The notes under the pieces are model-generated. The model had not been told where the DNA came from. It did not search any database and saw only the letters and a list, made by a program, of their open reading frames with translations. A stretch of DNA of 64,000 nucleotides. It comes from Phoronis australis. Taxonomy: Eukaryota; Animalia; Phoronida. Location of the stretch: positions 372,001 through 436,000 of the forward strand of contig NMRA01000238.1 of NCBI GenBank assembly GCA_002633005.1, in the 5' to 3' direction. Position numbers and translations under genes: made by a program. This document shows, piece by piece, positions 37,101 to 48,683 of the stretch. Positions within the stretch are counted from its first letter, which is position 1, and every line of letters begins with the position of its first letter.

Positions 37101-40100
37101 GTTTCAGATCTTTGAGAAGGCCCTTGAAGAGCCCAAGTTTAGTTCCCTTTACGCCCAGCTATGTCACCGTCTTAGCGACGACGTCCCCAATTTTGACCCG
37201 CCCAACTCGAACACAGTAGTAAGTACCAGATCTGTGTATCTTACACAAGGCATGGCTATTTATGTGGAAGTTCATTTTGAAGCACACAAGTATTCACCTA
37301 CAGTAAGAAACCTTAAGTGACCTGTTTGCTAGTGACTAAAACATATAATACTCTATGGTTAGTGCACTGTAGTAATAGTTGAATTTGTACCCCACGCCCT
37401 TGCAATAGTCATTTCCGACGTAGAGACAATATGATGTAATATGCATTGTCACTAGATAGCGACTGAGTAGATGATTGTCAGTGTTCTGCATTCTTCAACA
37501 GATTTAATGCAGTGGCAAATTTTGCAGCTTATTTATAAATTGTCTGTAACCATCATGCTGTCATAGCGCCAGTATTGTGTGGTAAGAATTGACCATTCTC
37601 ACATGATGTTCAACGTCTCAAAGTGTCCATGAATGAAATCAATCGCATTTTGTGCCTGTCAGCTAATATTTGGCCGCTGTTGAGAATGGATTGAAGATTA
37701 CAAGCACAAGAGCCAGAGTGTTAAGTAAAGTAGGCTGACAAATAATGACTGCTGTATGAGAATTATAGGTTCCGTTTTGAAATGCAGTTGTATTTTACAG
37801 ACTTTCCGTAGACTTCTGCTGAGCAAGTGCCAAGATGAGTTTGAAAATAGGTCAAAGGCTGCCTCGGAAGGTAAGAGTCAAAAGGGTAACTGGTTATCCC
37901 AAGACTGAAGTGTTTCTATTGATTACATTTTGGAGTCGTTCGAAATAATTAGTTGGAATTCCAGATTTTACATAGTTGAAATCACACACTGTATTTTACT
38001 TATGTGCAATATTGTGTCCTGATTTGGATTTACTGTAATTTTATTCTACTTTGATATGCTTGTGCTGTGAGGGCTTTAATTGTCGGTATTTGTTCTGTAG
38101 CCTTTGACAAGAGCCAGTCAGAGGAGGATGAAGACTCCTTCCAATATGCCAAGCGAAAAATGTTGGGAAACATCAAGTTCATTGGTGAGTTGTCTGGCTG
38201 AGTGACTCAAGCCCGATATTTGATGACCAGGGGTTTAAAAAAAAACAGTGCAGGTGGCCTGATGTCATTTGCGGTGCATCAGACGTGCGCAGGCCTCATG
38301 GTTGGGCCTATTGCACAAAACACCTGAGTTAAAGCTCGAGAGTCCTGTTATGGTTCTTCGTGACGGAAGTTTTCAAGTCTGCCCATCTTCTTTAAGAAAA
38401 CGGACAGACTTTTCCATTTGTTGCCATGCACTATATGTTGTGGGCAGGGGTTTAACCTCTGCGTCCGACTTGAAAATTGGGTGGTATGCTTAGACTTAAC
38501 GTGCAAATTTTTACTTGAATCATGCGGCATCATTGGTTAAACTTTGAGTCTTTAATTGAATCTGAGTTCAAAGGTTAGACCCTGGGCATGGTTGTAAAAT
38601 GCTCGCAGTAAACTATGACAAAAACATTTAAATGTCTTGAGTTTATCTGCTCATGATGTGAAGTAGTTATTGATAAATCTTAGTGAAGGATGATTTGCAG
38701 TCATTCGAAGGTTTCCCATTTTTTTACTGCATACTTCTGGCTGGCGCAACATGTAACATGTTGTGAAGGATAGAAAAGCCAGTTCATTGTCGTAACATTG
38801 ACTGGCAGTCTTGTAAATACCCTCAGGTGTTTAATGCAATGTTGCCTGCCCACGTCTGATGGGCTGCAATTGGCATTAGACCACTCGCACTCTTTCTATG
38901 TATCCCAATAGAAGAATGTGTGTTCTTCATTTTCCTTTGTTTAGAAGGGCCAAAGAGGTTATGCCCCCCCCTAAAATTAAATGGTCTGAACTGAGACTCA
39001 ACAATTCAACATATGTGGGTTGTCTAAGCATTACCTATCTGAATACGTTTTGCTTATTAACTTCACATTCAGATGCCCACCCCTAGTTCTAATTCCTTTA
39101 CTCTGGCCTTGTTATGTTACTGCCTTATGGTGAAGTGGTTGCTGTGTTTGTGTCTAGGTGAACTGGGCAAGCTGCGCATGTTGCCGGAGCTCATCCTGCA
39201 CCGCTGTATCAAACAGCTGCTGGAGAAGAAGAAGAACATGGCGCTGGCGGACATGGGCGAGGACTTGGAATGTCTCTGTCAAATCATGCAGACCGTCGGC
39301 CGAATCCTTGACCATGATAAAGCCAAGGTAAGTAGTTGTTGGGGGGCTTGGAGTGTTTGTCAGGTCATGTAGACCGTCGACATAATCCGTAACTTTGAGA
39401 ATGTTGAGGTATGAGTTTATTGGACAAACTTTATGGGTATCTATCAAATTATGCTGACCATTGGCCGAATTATTAGCTATGAATCATTAGCTATGACGAA
39501 AGCAAGGTAAGTGCTGTTAGGAGAGGAGAGGCTTGGAGGGCAGGCTCTGTCAGTTGTGCAGGCTGTCGTCTGAATATGTGATAAGAACAAGGTCAAGGTC
39601 AAGTGGCTGTAGGATGGGAGAAAGTTGGAGTGTTTGTTAGGTTATGCGGATTGTCAGTCGAATGTTCTATTTTGACAAAGCCATGGTAGGTTGCTGTTAG
39701 AGGGCTTGGATTGTCTTTGTCAAATCCTGCAGATTGTAGGCTGAATCCTTGATTGTGACAAACCCAAGGCAAGTGGCCTTTAGAGGAACCTATTGTGCTA
39801 GTATTCAGTTACGGTTGAAATAGAATATTTCAGGGCCTCGTAAATTGATTTTGCATCAGTTATTAATTAAAAGCAGTTTCATTGCGCTAGATTGTTTTGG
39901 AAGAATTCCCCCAATTGAATGCTTCCTCGATTTGGCCACGCATCGATCGAGATAGGATCTTGGTTGCAATCATGTTTGACATCTAATTTGAAAAGACTTA
40001 TGTGTCATTGATCACAATAGCCCACTGTTTATCAATATTTATCTTTCCTGTTTTGCATATCAGGCCTTGATGGATCAGTACTTCACACGCATGAAGTCAT

Positions 40101-43100
40101 TCATGCAGAACCAGGATTTACCTCCACGTATTCGCTTTATGCTGCAGGACACGATTGAGCTGCGAGATAACAAGGTTAGTCATAACAACAAGGTTAGTCA
40201 TAACAACAATGACAGCATTAGCAGTCAGAGTTATGACACAAACTGCATTTTCATCTTGATCAAGAGCCCAAAGCTTTGTAGTATTGTGTTGCAATCTGGT
40301 TGGTGATTACTTGCAGCTGAAATCGTGCATGAGTTGCTGTCTGTTTCATAATTAACTTGACTGAAAGCTCGTAGCCCCCAAGGGTCAAATAAACCGACAC
40401 ACAAAATTGTTTTAGGGTCTCATTTTATTTATGACGATGAGGTAGGAGAGTTTGTTGGCAGAATAAGCACTATGATGAGATAGTTGATTGAAATTTCCAG
40501 TAGCACCCCACATTCGCATTACCCAACTCCAAATTCCCTGTGCAGTGGTAGTGAAATGAGGGTCCTACCTACATACATTGCCATCAAATAACCTTTGGCT
40601 CACACATCTCCATGTTGATGAATAGCTATCTGCTATCACTCTAAATTTACATAGAAAGAACTGTACTCATTAGCGCCACCTAGTAGATTGTCACTTCTAG
40701 TACCTAGTGCTACGGTTCATTGTTGTTTCAGTGGGTTCCTAGGAACACTGGTAAGGACCAAAAGCTGCGGACGATAATGGAGATCCGACAGGATGCCGCG
40801 AAAGACCTTGGCTACTTCTTACCACCCTCTGGTAGTCGCGGCATGCACTCTCGCACCAATGGATTCGATGACTCTGATGCAATGATGGACATGTTTAGTG
40901 GCATACCCCAAGGGGTCCTGGGTGAGTAATGACGGGATGTGGTTCTCAAATTTAATTTGCATTTTTTAAGTGATGGTAACAGTGGTTAACACAGGACAGA
41001 TACAGTGTTTTAGCCTGTAGGAGTGTACAGTTGACATTTTACATGGTTTATCAAGCATTGTTGAGTAAGGGAGTTATATACATTTTAAAGCTCCATTTTG
41101 TCCTGTTTAGCTGACTAAGAAACGAAAATAAAATTGTGCCTTTTACTTGTTTAAAATCGGTCTCTCAATATTCCACGTTACAGCTAATGCACACATGCGC
41201 CATTTTTGAATTGGTAATTTTAGGGTTGGTCAACCGCAATTGAGTCGCACATGGTTTCCATGTTTTTGTTGGTAAAGGAATTAGAATCATTTCTTTAAGA
41301 GCTGTGAGACTAATTTTCTGGGAGTTAAAGGCTTCATTTGATTTTCACTTTTTAGCCAACTAATTGGTACAGACTGCATGGTTTTAGTAAGCTTTCCTGT
41401 TTGTGCTTATGTTTATGTATGTAGTTGTTGATCCTACTGAAAAGTTACTTACCATTTGTTCCTTTCTCTGTTCACTTCTAGCCAACAGTGGAATAGGAAC
41501 TGGACCGGGAGTCATTCGCGAGGATAGCTTTAATGGTCGCTACTCCCCTCAAATGGGCAACAGAGGGCGTGGCAATCAGAACAACCCTGGTATGTGGCTT
41601 GGCATTGCTCTGGTAAAACTTGGGGGGTTGTTAGCTCATCACGGCAATAGTCAGATGTAATCTGCCCGCATTTTGATGCCCAATATTCATTGAAGAAAAC
41701 TGCTATTCAAAATAGGGGCACGGTATATGCGACTATTCCTGCTCATCACTGTCAAAATATGTCTTCTAATAGTTAACCCACTGCTTCACGAGCATAAAAG
41801 GGCTTTATAGCTGAAATGCTTTTTGGGCCGTGCGACAGGATTTGATTGATTTCTGGCCATAGCGTTCACAAACAGTATTACTGTTGAATTCAGAGAGTTC
41901 CAGCAGAGTATTTAGAAGTTCTGCCTGTTGCTTGTTTATCCACCCTGCCCTCTGCCCTTAGTGAATCTGTAGTAGATTATTCTTGTTTCACTAATCATGG
42001 CTAATTTCATTATCTAGGCTACCAGTATAACAAACGCCAAGATGGCAACAGTCCTAAACAGCAGCGCCACCTGGCCAAGGGAAGTCCGCAGCAACAACAA
42101 CAACCACAGCAACTACAACAGAAACAACTCGGTATGTTTAATTGGGTCAGATTTGGGACCGGTGTGGTTGTGAGGTCAAACACAATCATTTCAGTTTGAG
42201 TGTGAAATTAGAGCCCCGGGTTTAATCGCCAGACTCAAGATTGGAGTGAATATTTGTAAGTTTACTCAAAACATGCGATACAATTGGTCACTTTTTAGTT
42301 AGATTTCAAGTACAGACGTTAGGCTCTGCCAATCCAAAATCACTACATTTTATAATTTCCTCCATTTTTTCAAAAATAGTTATAGTAAACTAGGGTATCA
42401 ATAGGCACTTACCAGTGTGATGTATAGACCTGAGCTTTCTCTTGCATGTGACTTAAGAAATGGTTGTCAACCTGTGTTATGCAATCATTGGGTCAATATG
42501 ATCTACTTCAGGGTAACGTAAAATGTGATTGAAGCATTCATGTGTGCTGTTCTTAAGAATGTCTTTATGATGAGCGATGGCATGATGTCATTATTGTTAT
42601 TGGGTAAATAACTTCTATCTAAGCACCCTACAGGTTAACTAATGAAGAATGTAGGCTTCATGGGTAACATTTTATGTGAATTTTTTAGTCTTGTCGAAAT
42701 TTGTCATGACTCTTTTGTCTCTACATTAGTCAACGGTCGCAGTGACCTGCCTCCGCGGTTCCAAAAGAAGTCCAACCATCCGAAGGGAGACAGTGGTGAT
42801 AAGATGGGCCCTGGTGATGAGATCAGCCTTCGACCAGCCATGAAGTTCACTCCTATGTTCAAACCTGGAACTCCCAACATGCTACCCAAGTCGGCGCAGG
42901 CCCCACCTGGATCCGGCCCCCTTGGGATGGGTCACATGTTGGATCCGTCGATGAACCCACTTCTTCAGAAACAGGTTAGCACTTTGGATCCAAGTTGTAA
43001 ATTAACTTATATTTTGGTACAAGTACCGGCTGGTATAGTAAACCAGCAAAGCCTGGAAAGTGATAGGTTACATCCGTGCCCGGAAACTGGTGTAAAGTTA

Positions 43101-46100
43101 AGAACATGATAATTTGATATAAGTGATTAACCATCATTTTATGTTATATCACACTTTCATGGATATCATGGAAACTGATGGAGAATGAAAACATAAGAGT
43201 GGAAGCCATGTCAAGGAGATGAGCGGACCCTGAAATAGCAATATTACGGCAACCAGGTCCTTCTGTTAGAGACACCTTGTGTGTAGGGTTTCCCTAAATG
43301 AATGACGGACAAAACGAAGGCTTTGTAAGAAACGAGACATGGTTCCTTTCAGTGCGTTTTTGTCATATTTCGGAAATATTCTTTAAAACTTATGGTACAT
43401 TTGGTGCCTTAAACTCTCTTAGCTTCACATTTTGGTCTTCATTCGATGTCGCTGCCACCTTTTTTCATTTATTTGCCCCTTATGTCTGAAGGTATGCCCA
43501 GATTTATGTTTGAAGTATGGTATATTCTCCACCTATTTTGCACATTTTTCAAAGGTCGATTACTTTGCTTCAAATAACGGAAACTTTACCAAATGTTGTT
43601 CTGTGACGTCTACACTGAGCGAAGCATGCTAATAATAGATATTATTTCTCTTATTGAGCTCTTTGACGAAAATAGCATTTCACTGGTCAGCCATGTTGTT
43701 TGCTATATAAGTGAAGAATTACTATGAGGGTTAAAATGGTGCCATTTTCCAAGTATACAGAAAGGCTTGGTACAATGTTTGTTTTTCTTCGACCACTCAG
43801 CAACCAATCACTATCAAGCAAGTACCTGCCCCGGACAAGGTCAAGAAGGAAGTGAAGAAAGCGCCCTCTAGGGAAGAGCTGAGAGAGCTGACTGCAACGC
43901 TTCTAACAGAGTTCCTCACGTCGCATAATCTAAGCGAGACTGTGAAGAGAGTCAGGGAGTTGAATGCACCCAAGAAGTGAGTAGATACTGTTAATGAAGG
44001 ATTAAAATATGAATAATGATATTGACATTGACTCGGTGTAATTGGTTGAGACAGACAAAGTACATGGTAAGTGTACACGTGACTCCACGATACTTCTTTT
44101 AATCACAGAAGTCCATTTTATGCTGTAATTTATTTTTGTTAAGTTAGTCGTAAGGTTTTGTTTCTATTCGCATTATCATTAATTTGCTTTTGATGTGATA
44201 ATTACCTGTTAAGAACCTTCCTCTTTTCTCACTGACAAAATCAGAAACCACAGGTGTGTCCAAGCATGTACGTCTCACTTGTTTCCGTTTTTATGTTCAG
44301 GTACTTACCGGAGATGTTGACTTACTTCATCACGCAAACGTTGGAGAAGTCTGACAGTGATCGCAATGATGCTAACAAACTGATGAGCAAGCTGAAGACT
44401 GAGGGAGTAATTACCTCTGACCAGTACATGGAGGTAAGTATGGGCTGTATTCAGAGGATTTCATTGACTGTAAATTTTCTGTTAGTGGCTCTGCTGCCAT
44501 TGTAGTACAGTTGTTGGCTCCTAAACATCCAGTGAGATCATGGATAGATAAGTTGGTGACGTGTAAACGATATCACGGAAAACACATTAGTCAATTTAAT
44601 GCACCAGGTCATTAGTGCCTTTTTCATGCTAGCTTGTCTAGTTATTCACATAACATTTATACCACTGATGTGTTTAATAACGCTGTTATTCCATTCGCTA
44701 GGTATTCTGCCCAGCCCTTAACAATACAAAATGTTTTAAAGTAAACTTGCTGTTATACATATTGGTGGTTACAAGTTGACTCCATCTTTGTCCAGGTTTG
44801 ATATCTTTCTAAAACTTTCTTCCTTGCTGCAGGCATTCCAGTCAGTTCTTGACAAGATGAAGGCCCTTGAGGTGGACGTGCCCCTAGTCAAGTCGTTCAT
44901 CGCCCGCTGCGCGGCCCACGCTGTCGCCACCAACGTGGTGCCCTTGGTGGAGATGAAAGAACCGATGGAGGAGGGCGCATACTACCCATTGTTCATGCTG
45001 GTGTTGCAGCAGCTACACAAGTTGAAGGATGAACAATGGTTGAGGACGACGTTCAATGAGAGCAAGATCAACCTGCATGACATGTTGCCTGGTAGGTTGA
45101 TGTGGTGTTCAGGGAGTATGGACTTTTTATTGGCTGATGTGTATGTAAATATGAGGGTTATATGCAAATGAATGACGTGATTGGGTGTTATGGTTGTATG
45201 CAAATGAGTAGTTAAGGATTGCATGGAATAAGGAATTATTATTGGCTGGTGTGTGTAAGAGTTGTGTGCAAATGGGTGGTCAAATGTATATAATGAGTAG
45301 GGCGGTTATTGGCTAATGATGTGTATAAAAATGTGGGTGGTGTGCTAGTGTGTGATGGAACATTTAATGGAGAAGTGAGTTATTATTGGCTGGTGTGTAT
45401 GTAAATGATGGCGTCACTTGGATGCATAGTATTGAACTATCTCATTGACTACAAAATGTACTCATGCTTATGTTATTGTATTAATGGTATACTTTAATAG
45501 TGCTTATTAAAGGCTTACTACTAAGTGTTAAACACTGTAATTTAGATGAATTGTTGTTGTATGAAGTCTAATCACAGACAGATTTACTTGTGTTAATTAA
45601 TGTGAAATTCCTGAATTGTTTTCCAGAGTCCGACCGATCTAAGGAGCGTATGATGGAAATCTTGGAAGACCGCGGTCTCAGTTTCATGTTTCCCTTGCTG
45701 AGAGTGCAGAACGAGCTCTGGCGCTACGTTCTACAGGAGCCCTCTGGTGGCGCCATCCACAAATGGATCAAGGACAATGTGGACGCAAGCCTACTGACGG
45801 AACCGGGACTTATCTACACTGTAGCACTTGTGTAAGTAACAGAAACACATGTAAACACAGTGTACACTTAGTTGTCATACTGTTATCACTTGTGTAAGAA
45901 ACAGAAACACATGTAAACACATGTAAACACAGTGTACACTTAGTNACGGTGTCATACTGTTATCACTTGTGTACGTAACAGAAACACATGTAAACACAGT
46001 GTACACTTAGTTGTCATACTGTTATCACTTGTGTAAGTAACAGAAACACTTGTAAACACAGTGTACACTTAGTTGTCATACTGTTATCTCTTCACTCTCC

Positions 46101-48683
46101 TCTGACTTCCGTGTTGTCTCCGTCTTGACCCAACTGCATTTGATATTAGTGCCTACCTGATTACCTGGTCCAACCACATTGATACTGTTGCTTACCTGAT
46201 TACCTGGTCCAACCACATTTGATACTGTTGCCTACCTGATTATCTTGTCTGACCACATTGGTTTCTGTTGCTTTAGATCATTGAAAACTAAACATGTCTC
46301 TTTTGAAAAAGTCCTGGAGACCTTTAATCCTTATTTTAGATGATAACTACCTTACTCATGCCCTCTGTTCTACACGGAAGTTTGTACTTATCTATGTGTG
46401 TGTAAATGTTCAGCATAGTGTCCTAGTTCACAGAATCTTGAGTATGTCATATTCATAGTTGATGTCTCGTGAATTGATGACTAAGCTGTCACTGTGTGTT
46501 TATACTTCATTTTCGTTCCAATGTTTTGTGCAGACTGCTGAAATATGTGTGCCAGGAGTCCAGTCTGTCTGAGGCAGCGGATCGGACATGTGTGCCGGAC
46601 AAGTGCGTGACGGACAAGGAGAAGCAGCTGTTGCTCAAGTACAAGTGGGTCCTGCAGATGTTGACCAGTAACGACCACAACCTACAGCTGATGGTGTTGT
46701 ACGCACTACAGGTGCACTGTCACACCAACCAGTTCCCCAAAGGTAAGGCATCACAATCGTCCGCAATACTTGCCAAAAGTAACACCGTAAAATTACACCT
46801 CAATACGTCTGTATGCCAGTAGAATTTTTCCGTCACAGCTGTCTGTAAAGATAGTAAATTTTGCCGCAAAACCAGCAAGGCGGTTGTTTGTAATCAGGAT
46901 TTTGCCCGCAGTGACAAGTCACTGCCTTTCATTTTTGCTGTGAACAGAACTGGCTCTCATGATGGGGAAACGGTAGTTTGAGCATTTACTTTTCACACCA
47001 CATTCCCCCCGTCGCATGCTTTCGGATGAAACTGGGACATAAGTAGGCAAGAGACCATTAGTGCAAGGCTTGTAGTCTGCCATTGTACACTGCCTCTGGC
47101 CTTACAAGAGTCCACAGAGCAAACCATTTACTCACAAAAACAAGGGCTTTTGTTGTTTTCTAGCTCTGGTCAAGTCTATCCTTTTCAACAGTAATCCCAC
47201 AATGCATTGTAGATGGCTAACATGCTGTATAGCTTCCTGTGGTTGAGACTTTGGTACGGTTCTCCTTGACTGTCATCTGCTGTATAACTTTGGTACGCTT
47301 CTTCTTGACTGTGTCATCTACTGTGTTACTTCTTGCAGGACTCATTCTGCGTTTCTTCATGAATTTTTATGACATGGAGATTATTGATGAAGAAGTATTC
47401 TTGAGGTGGAAAGAAGAAATTAATGATGAATATCCCGGCAAAGGAAAGGCTCTGTTTCAGGTGAGCTTTGTAAATCAGTATACTTTTTTATGTACGACGA
47501 TCGCTGTTCTCTTTTGACCTGCGGCGTTGGAGTGGTGTGCAGGCACAAGTTCCCACACTTGAATCGCTGGAGTTAATGTTACATTGCCAGCAGCTTGTGA
47601 TTGACAGATGACTTCTACATGTGCGCGCGCTGAGCCCCAGGAACAGGGGCTTGAAAATTTCTCTGCTGAAAGACTATTGAATTATTAAGTCATGTGGGTC
47701 ATTTGGCTAGTAATGAGGCTGCTATATTCACTTTTCCTGTCTTGCGATAAAGAAATGAGACGCACATTGAAACACAATCATGTGCTGGGACGTTGCGCGC
47801 AAACAGCGGGATCCATCAGTGGCAGAGCCGTACTGTAGTATTGTCAAGATATTGTAATTGGATAATTAGGATATCTTCAATGAAAAATAGGTATGTTTTT
47901 CCCCAACAAAGTTTGATAAGTTGGTTGTTAAAAAATTGACAAAAACATCTTTGTATAGCGTATTATGCTGTGACCAGAAACTTTCTTTGGCGCATCTCGG
48001 TGAAAAATTTGTAAAAGAAATCAAAAATACTAGCCAATGAAATGCGTCAAAGATCCATTCTGCATAATTCTATGTTCACATGGCAAGTTTATAAATCACT
48101 GCGAAGGCTGTGTTCTGTATACTTTTGGACTTGATTTTGGCAACAACCAAATAACAGTCAGATTCACTCTAGTTGCTTTCAAGTATCTGCCGAGAAGTGT
48201 AAAAACTCAGCTCGCATATGTTGGAAATTCCAGGTTGCATGTTGCGACTTAATATAAGCTGGCCAAAATTTTATCTCGTATTTCTAAATTTCAGGTCGCA
48301 AATGCGACCTGCAGCTTGTTGTCTAGCGCTAACTAATGGTATTCTCTCTCTAATTACAGACAAAAATAAATGCCAACATTGCACTTTGTTCATTTCCAAA
48401 TTCTGATTATACTCTTAAATATGTTCAACATTTTAAGGACAGTTTGACAGTACAAACTAGACTAGTGTTGGAGTCGAGTTTTTCTCTACGTAAATTTTTG
48501 GCGGGAAATTTTATTGCTAAGTTGCTCTTGCCTCCAGCACTTTTGTGTTTAAATTTTGAAGATGGTTTACCATAATTCAAACAGCTGCATCTAACAAAAC
48601 GTCTTATTTTATTCAAGGTTCACCAGTGGCTGACCTGGCTTGAACTAGCCGAAGAAGAATCTGAGGAGGATGACGAAGATTAA
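34141..48683 (+). CDS. EIF4G2: Eukaryotic translation initiation factor 4 gamma 2 (DAP5/NAT1/p97), 19 coding exons, 2661 nt, 886 aa, CUG start
   Basis: Exons 34141-34190, 34877-35011, 35841-35943, 37108-37218, 37801-37870, 38101-38184, 39158-39327, 40064-40174, 40732-40921, 41482-41589, 42018-42131, 42730-42974, 43801-43976, 44301-44433, 44833-45091, 45627-45831, 46534-46742, 47339-47460, 48618-48683 all join in phase. MIF4G (FRKVRSILNKLTPEKFDKL, MLGNIKFIGELGKL, DLECLCQIM), MA3 and W2 (YPGKGKALFQV.QWLTWL..AEEES) domains; N-terminal GGASR motif. Confidence 0.95.
34877..35011 (+). CDS. EIF4G2: eIF4G2 coding exon 2
   Basis: ..FSRWVPPSSVRRD..HDVTFRKVR; cttcag| and |gttggt. Confidence 0.9.
35272..35477. 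repeat. 25-bp minisatellite (TGACATGTATCTGGTGTCCCTCCAC) x8
   Basis: Tandem units in eIF4G2 intron. Confidence 0.95.
35841..35943 (+). CDS. EIF4G2: eIF4G2 coding exon 3
   Basis: ILNKLTPEKFDKLCLDVLNVGIDSQLVLKGIILL. Confidence 0.95.
36131..36364. other. Assembly gap, preceded by a 20-bp tandem repeat (atcccagattacacagttcc)
   Basis: N run; the repeat runs into the gap. Confidence 0.95.
37108..37218 (+). CDS. EIF4G2: eIF4G2 coding exon 4
   Basis: IFEKALEEPKFSSLYAQLCHRLSDDVPNFD. Confidence 0.95.
37801..37870 (+). CDS. EIF4G2: eIF4G2 coding exon 5
   Basis: TFRRLLLSKCQDEFENRS. Confidence 0.95.
38101..38184 (+). CDS. EIF4G2: eIF4G2 coding exon 6
   Basis: ..AKRKMLGNIKFI; holds the first in-frame ATG (38160). 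Confidence 0.95.
39158..39327 (+). CDS. EIF4G2: eIF4G2 coding exon 7
   Basis: GELGKLRMLPELILHRCIKQLLEKKK..MGEDLECLCQIMQTVGRILDHDKAK. Confidence 0.95.
39259..39778 (+). repeat. Degenerate ~85-bp tandem array derived from the exon 7 3' end plus donor site
   Basis: Five intronic copies of GAGGACTTGGAATGTCTCTGTCAAATCATGCAGACCGTCGGCCGAATCCTTGACCATGATAAAGCCAAG|GTAAGT. Confidence 0.85.
40064..40174 (+). CDS. EIF4G2: eIF4G2 coding exon 8
   Basis: ALMDQYFTRM..LPPRIRFMLQDTIELRDNK. Confidence 0.93.
40732..40921 (+). CDS. EIF4G2: eIF4G2 coding exon 9
   Basis: WVPR..TIMEIRQDAAKDLG. Confidence 0.92.
41482..41589 (+). CDS. EIF4G2: eIF4G2 coding exon 10
   Basis: SGIGTGPGVI..SPQMG. Confidence 0.88.
42018..42131 (+). 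CDS. EIF4G2: eIF4G2 coding exon 11 (Gln-rich linker)
   Basis: Phase-1/phase-1 exon YQYNKRQDGNSPKQQR..PQQQQQPQQLQQKQL. Confidence 0.8.
42730..42974 (+). CDS. EIF4G2: eIF4G2 coding exon 12
   Basis: DLPPRFQKK..DEISLRPA. Confidence 0.9.
43801..43976 (+). CDS. EIF4G2: eIF4G2 coding exon 13 (start of MA3)
   Basis: QPITIKQ..PSREEL..VRELNAPK. Confidence 0.9.
44301..44433 (+). CDS. EIF4G2: eIF4G2 coding exon 14
   Basis: YLPEMLTYFITQTLEKSDSDR..ITSDQYME. Confidence 0.9.
44833..45091 (+). CDS. EIF4G2: eIF4G2 coding exon 15
   Basis: AFQSVLD..LEVDVPLVKS..YPLFMLVLQQL..SKINLHDMLP. Confidence 0.92.
45627..45831 (+). CDS. EIF4G2: eIF4G2 coding exon 16
   Basis: DRSKERMMEILEDRGLSFMFPLL..KWIKDNV. Confidence 0.92.
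45817..46090 (+). repeat. 62-bp minisatellite beginning in exon 16 and including its donor
   Basis: CACTTGT|GTAAGT-like junction recurs at 45832, 45894, 45971, 46033. Confidence 0.9.
46135..46272. repeat. ~40-bp degenerate tandem repeat (cattgatactgttgcctacctgattacctggtccaacca) x3.5
   Basis: Tandem units visible. Confidence 0.8.
46534..46742 (+). CDS. EIF4G2: eIF4G2 coding exon 17 (W2)
   Basis: LLKYV..EKQLLLKY..LQLMVLYALQVHC..FPK. Confidence 0.92.
47339..47460 (+). CDS. EIF4G2: eIF4G2 coding exon 18
   Basis: GLILRFFMNFYDMEIIDEEVFLRWKEEINDEYPGKGKALFQ. Confidence 0.95.
48618..48683 (+). CDS. EIF4G2: eIF4G2 terminal coding exon
   Basis: attcaag|GTT; VHQWLTWLELAEEESEEDDED then TAA. Confidence 0.93.
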   Translation, partial: VHQWLTWLELAEEESEEDDED

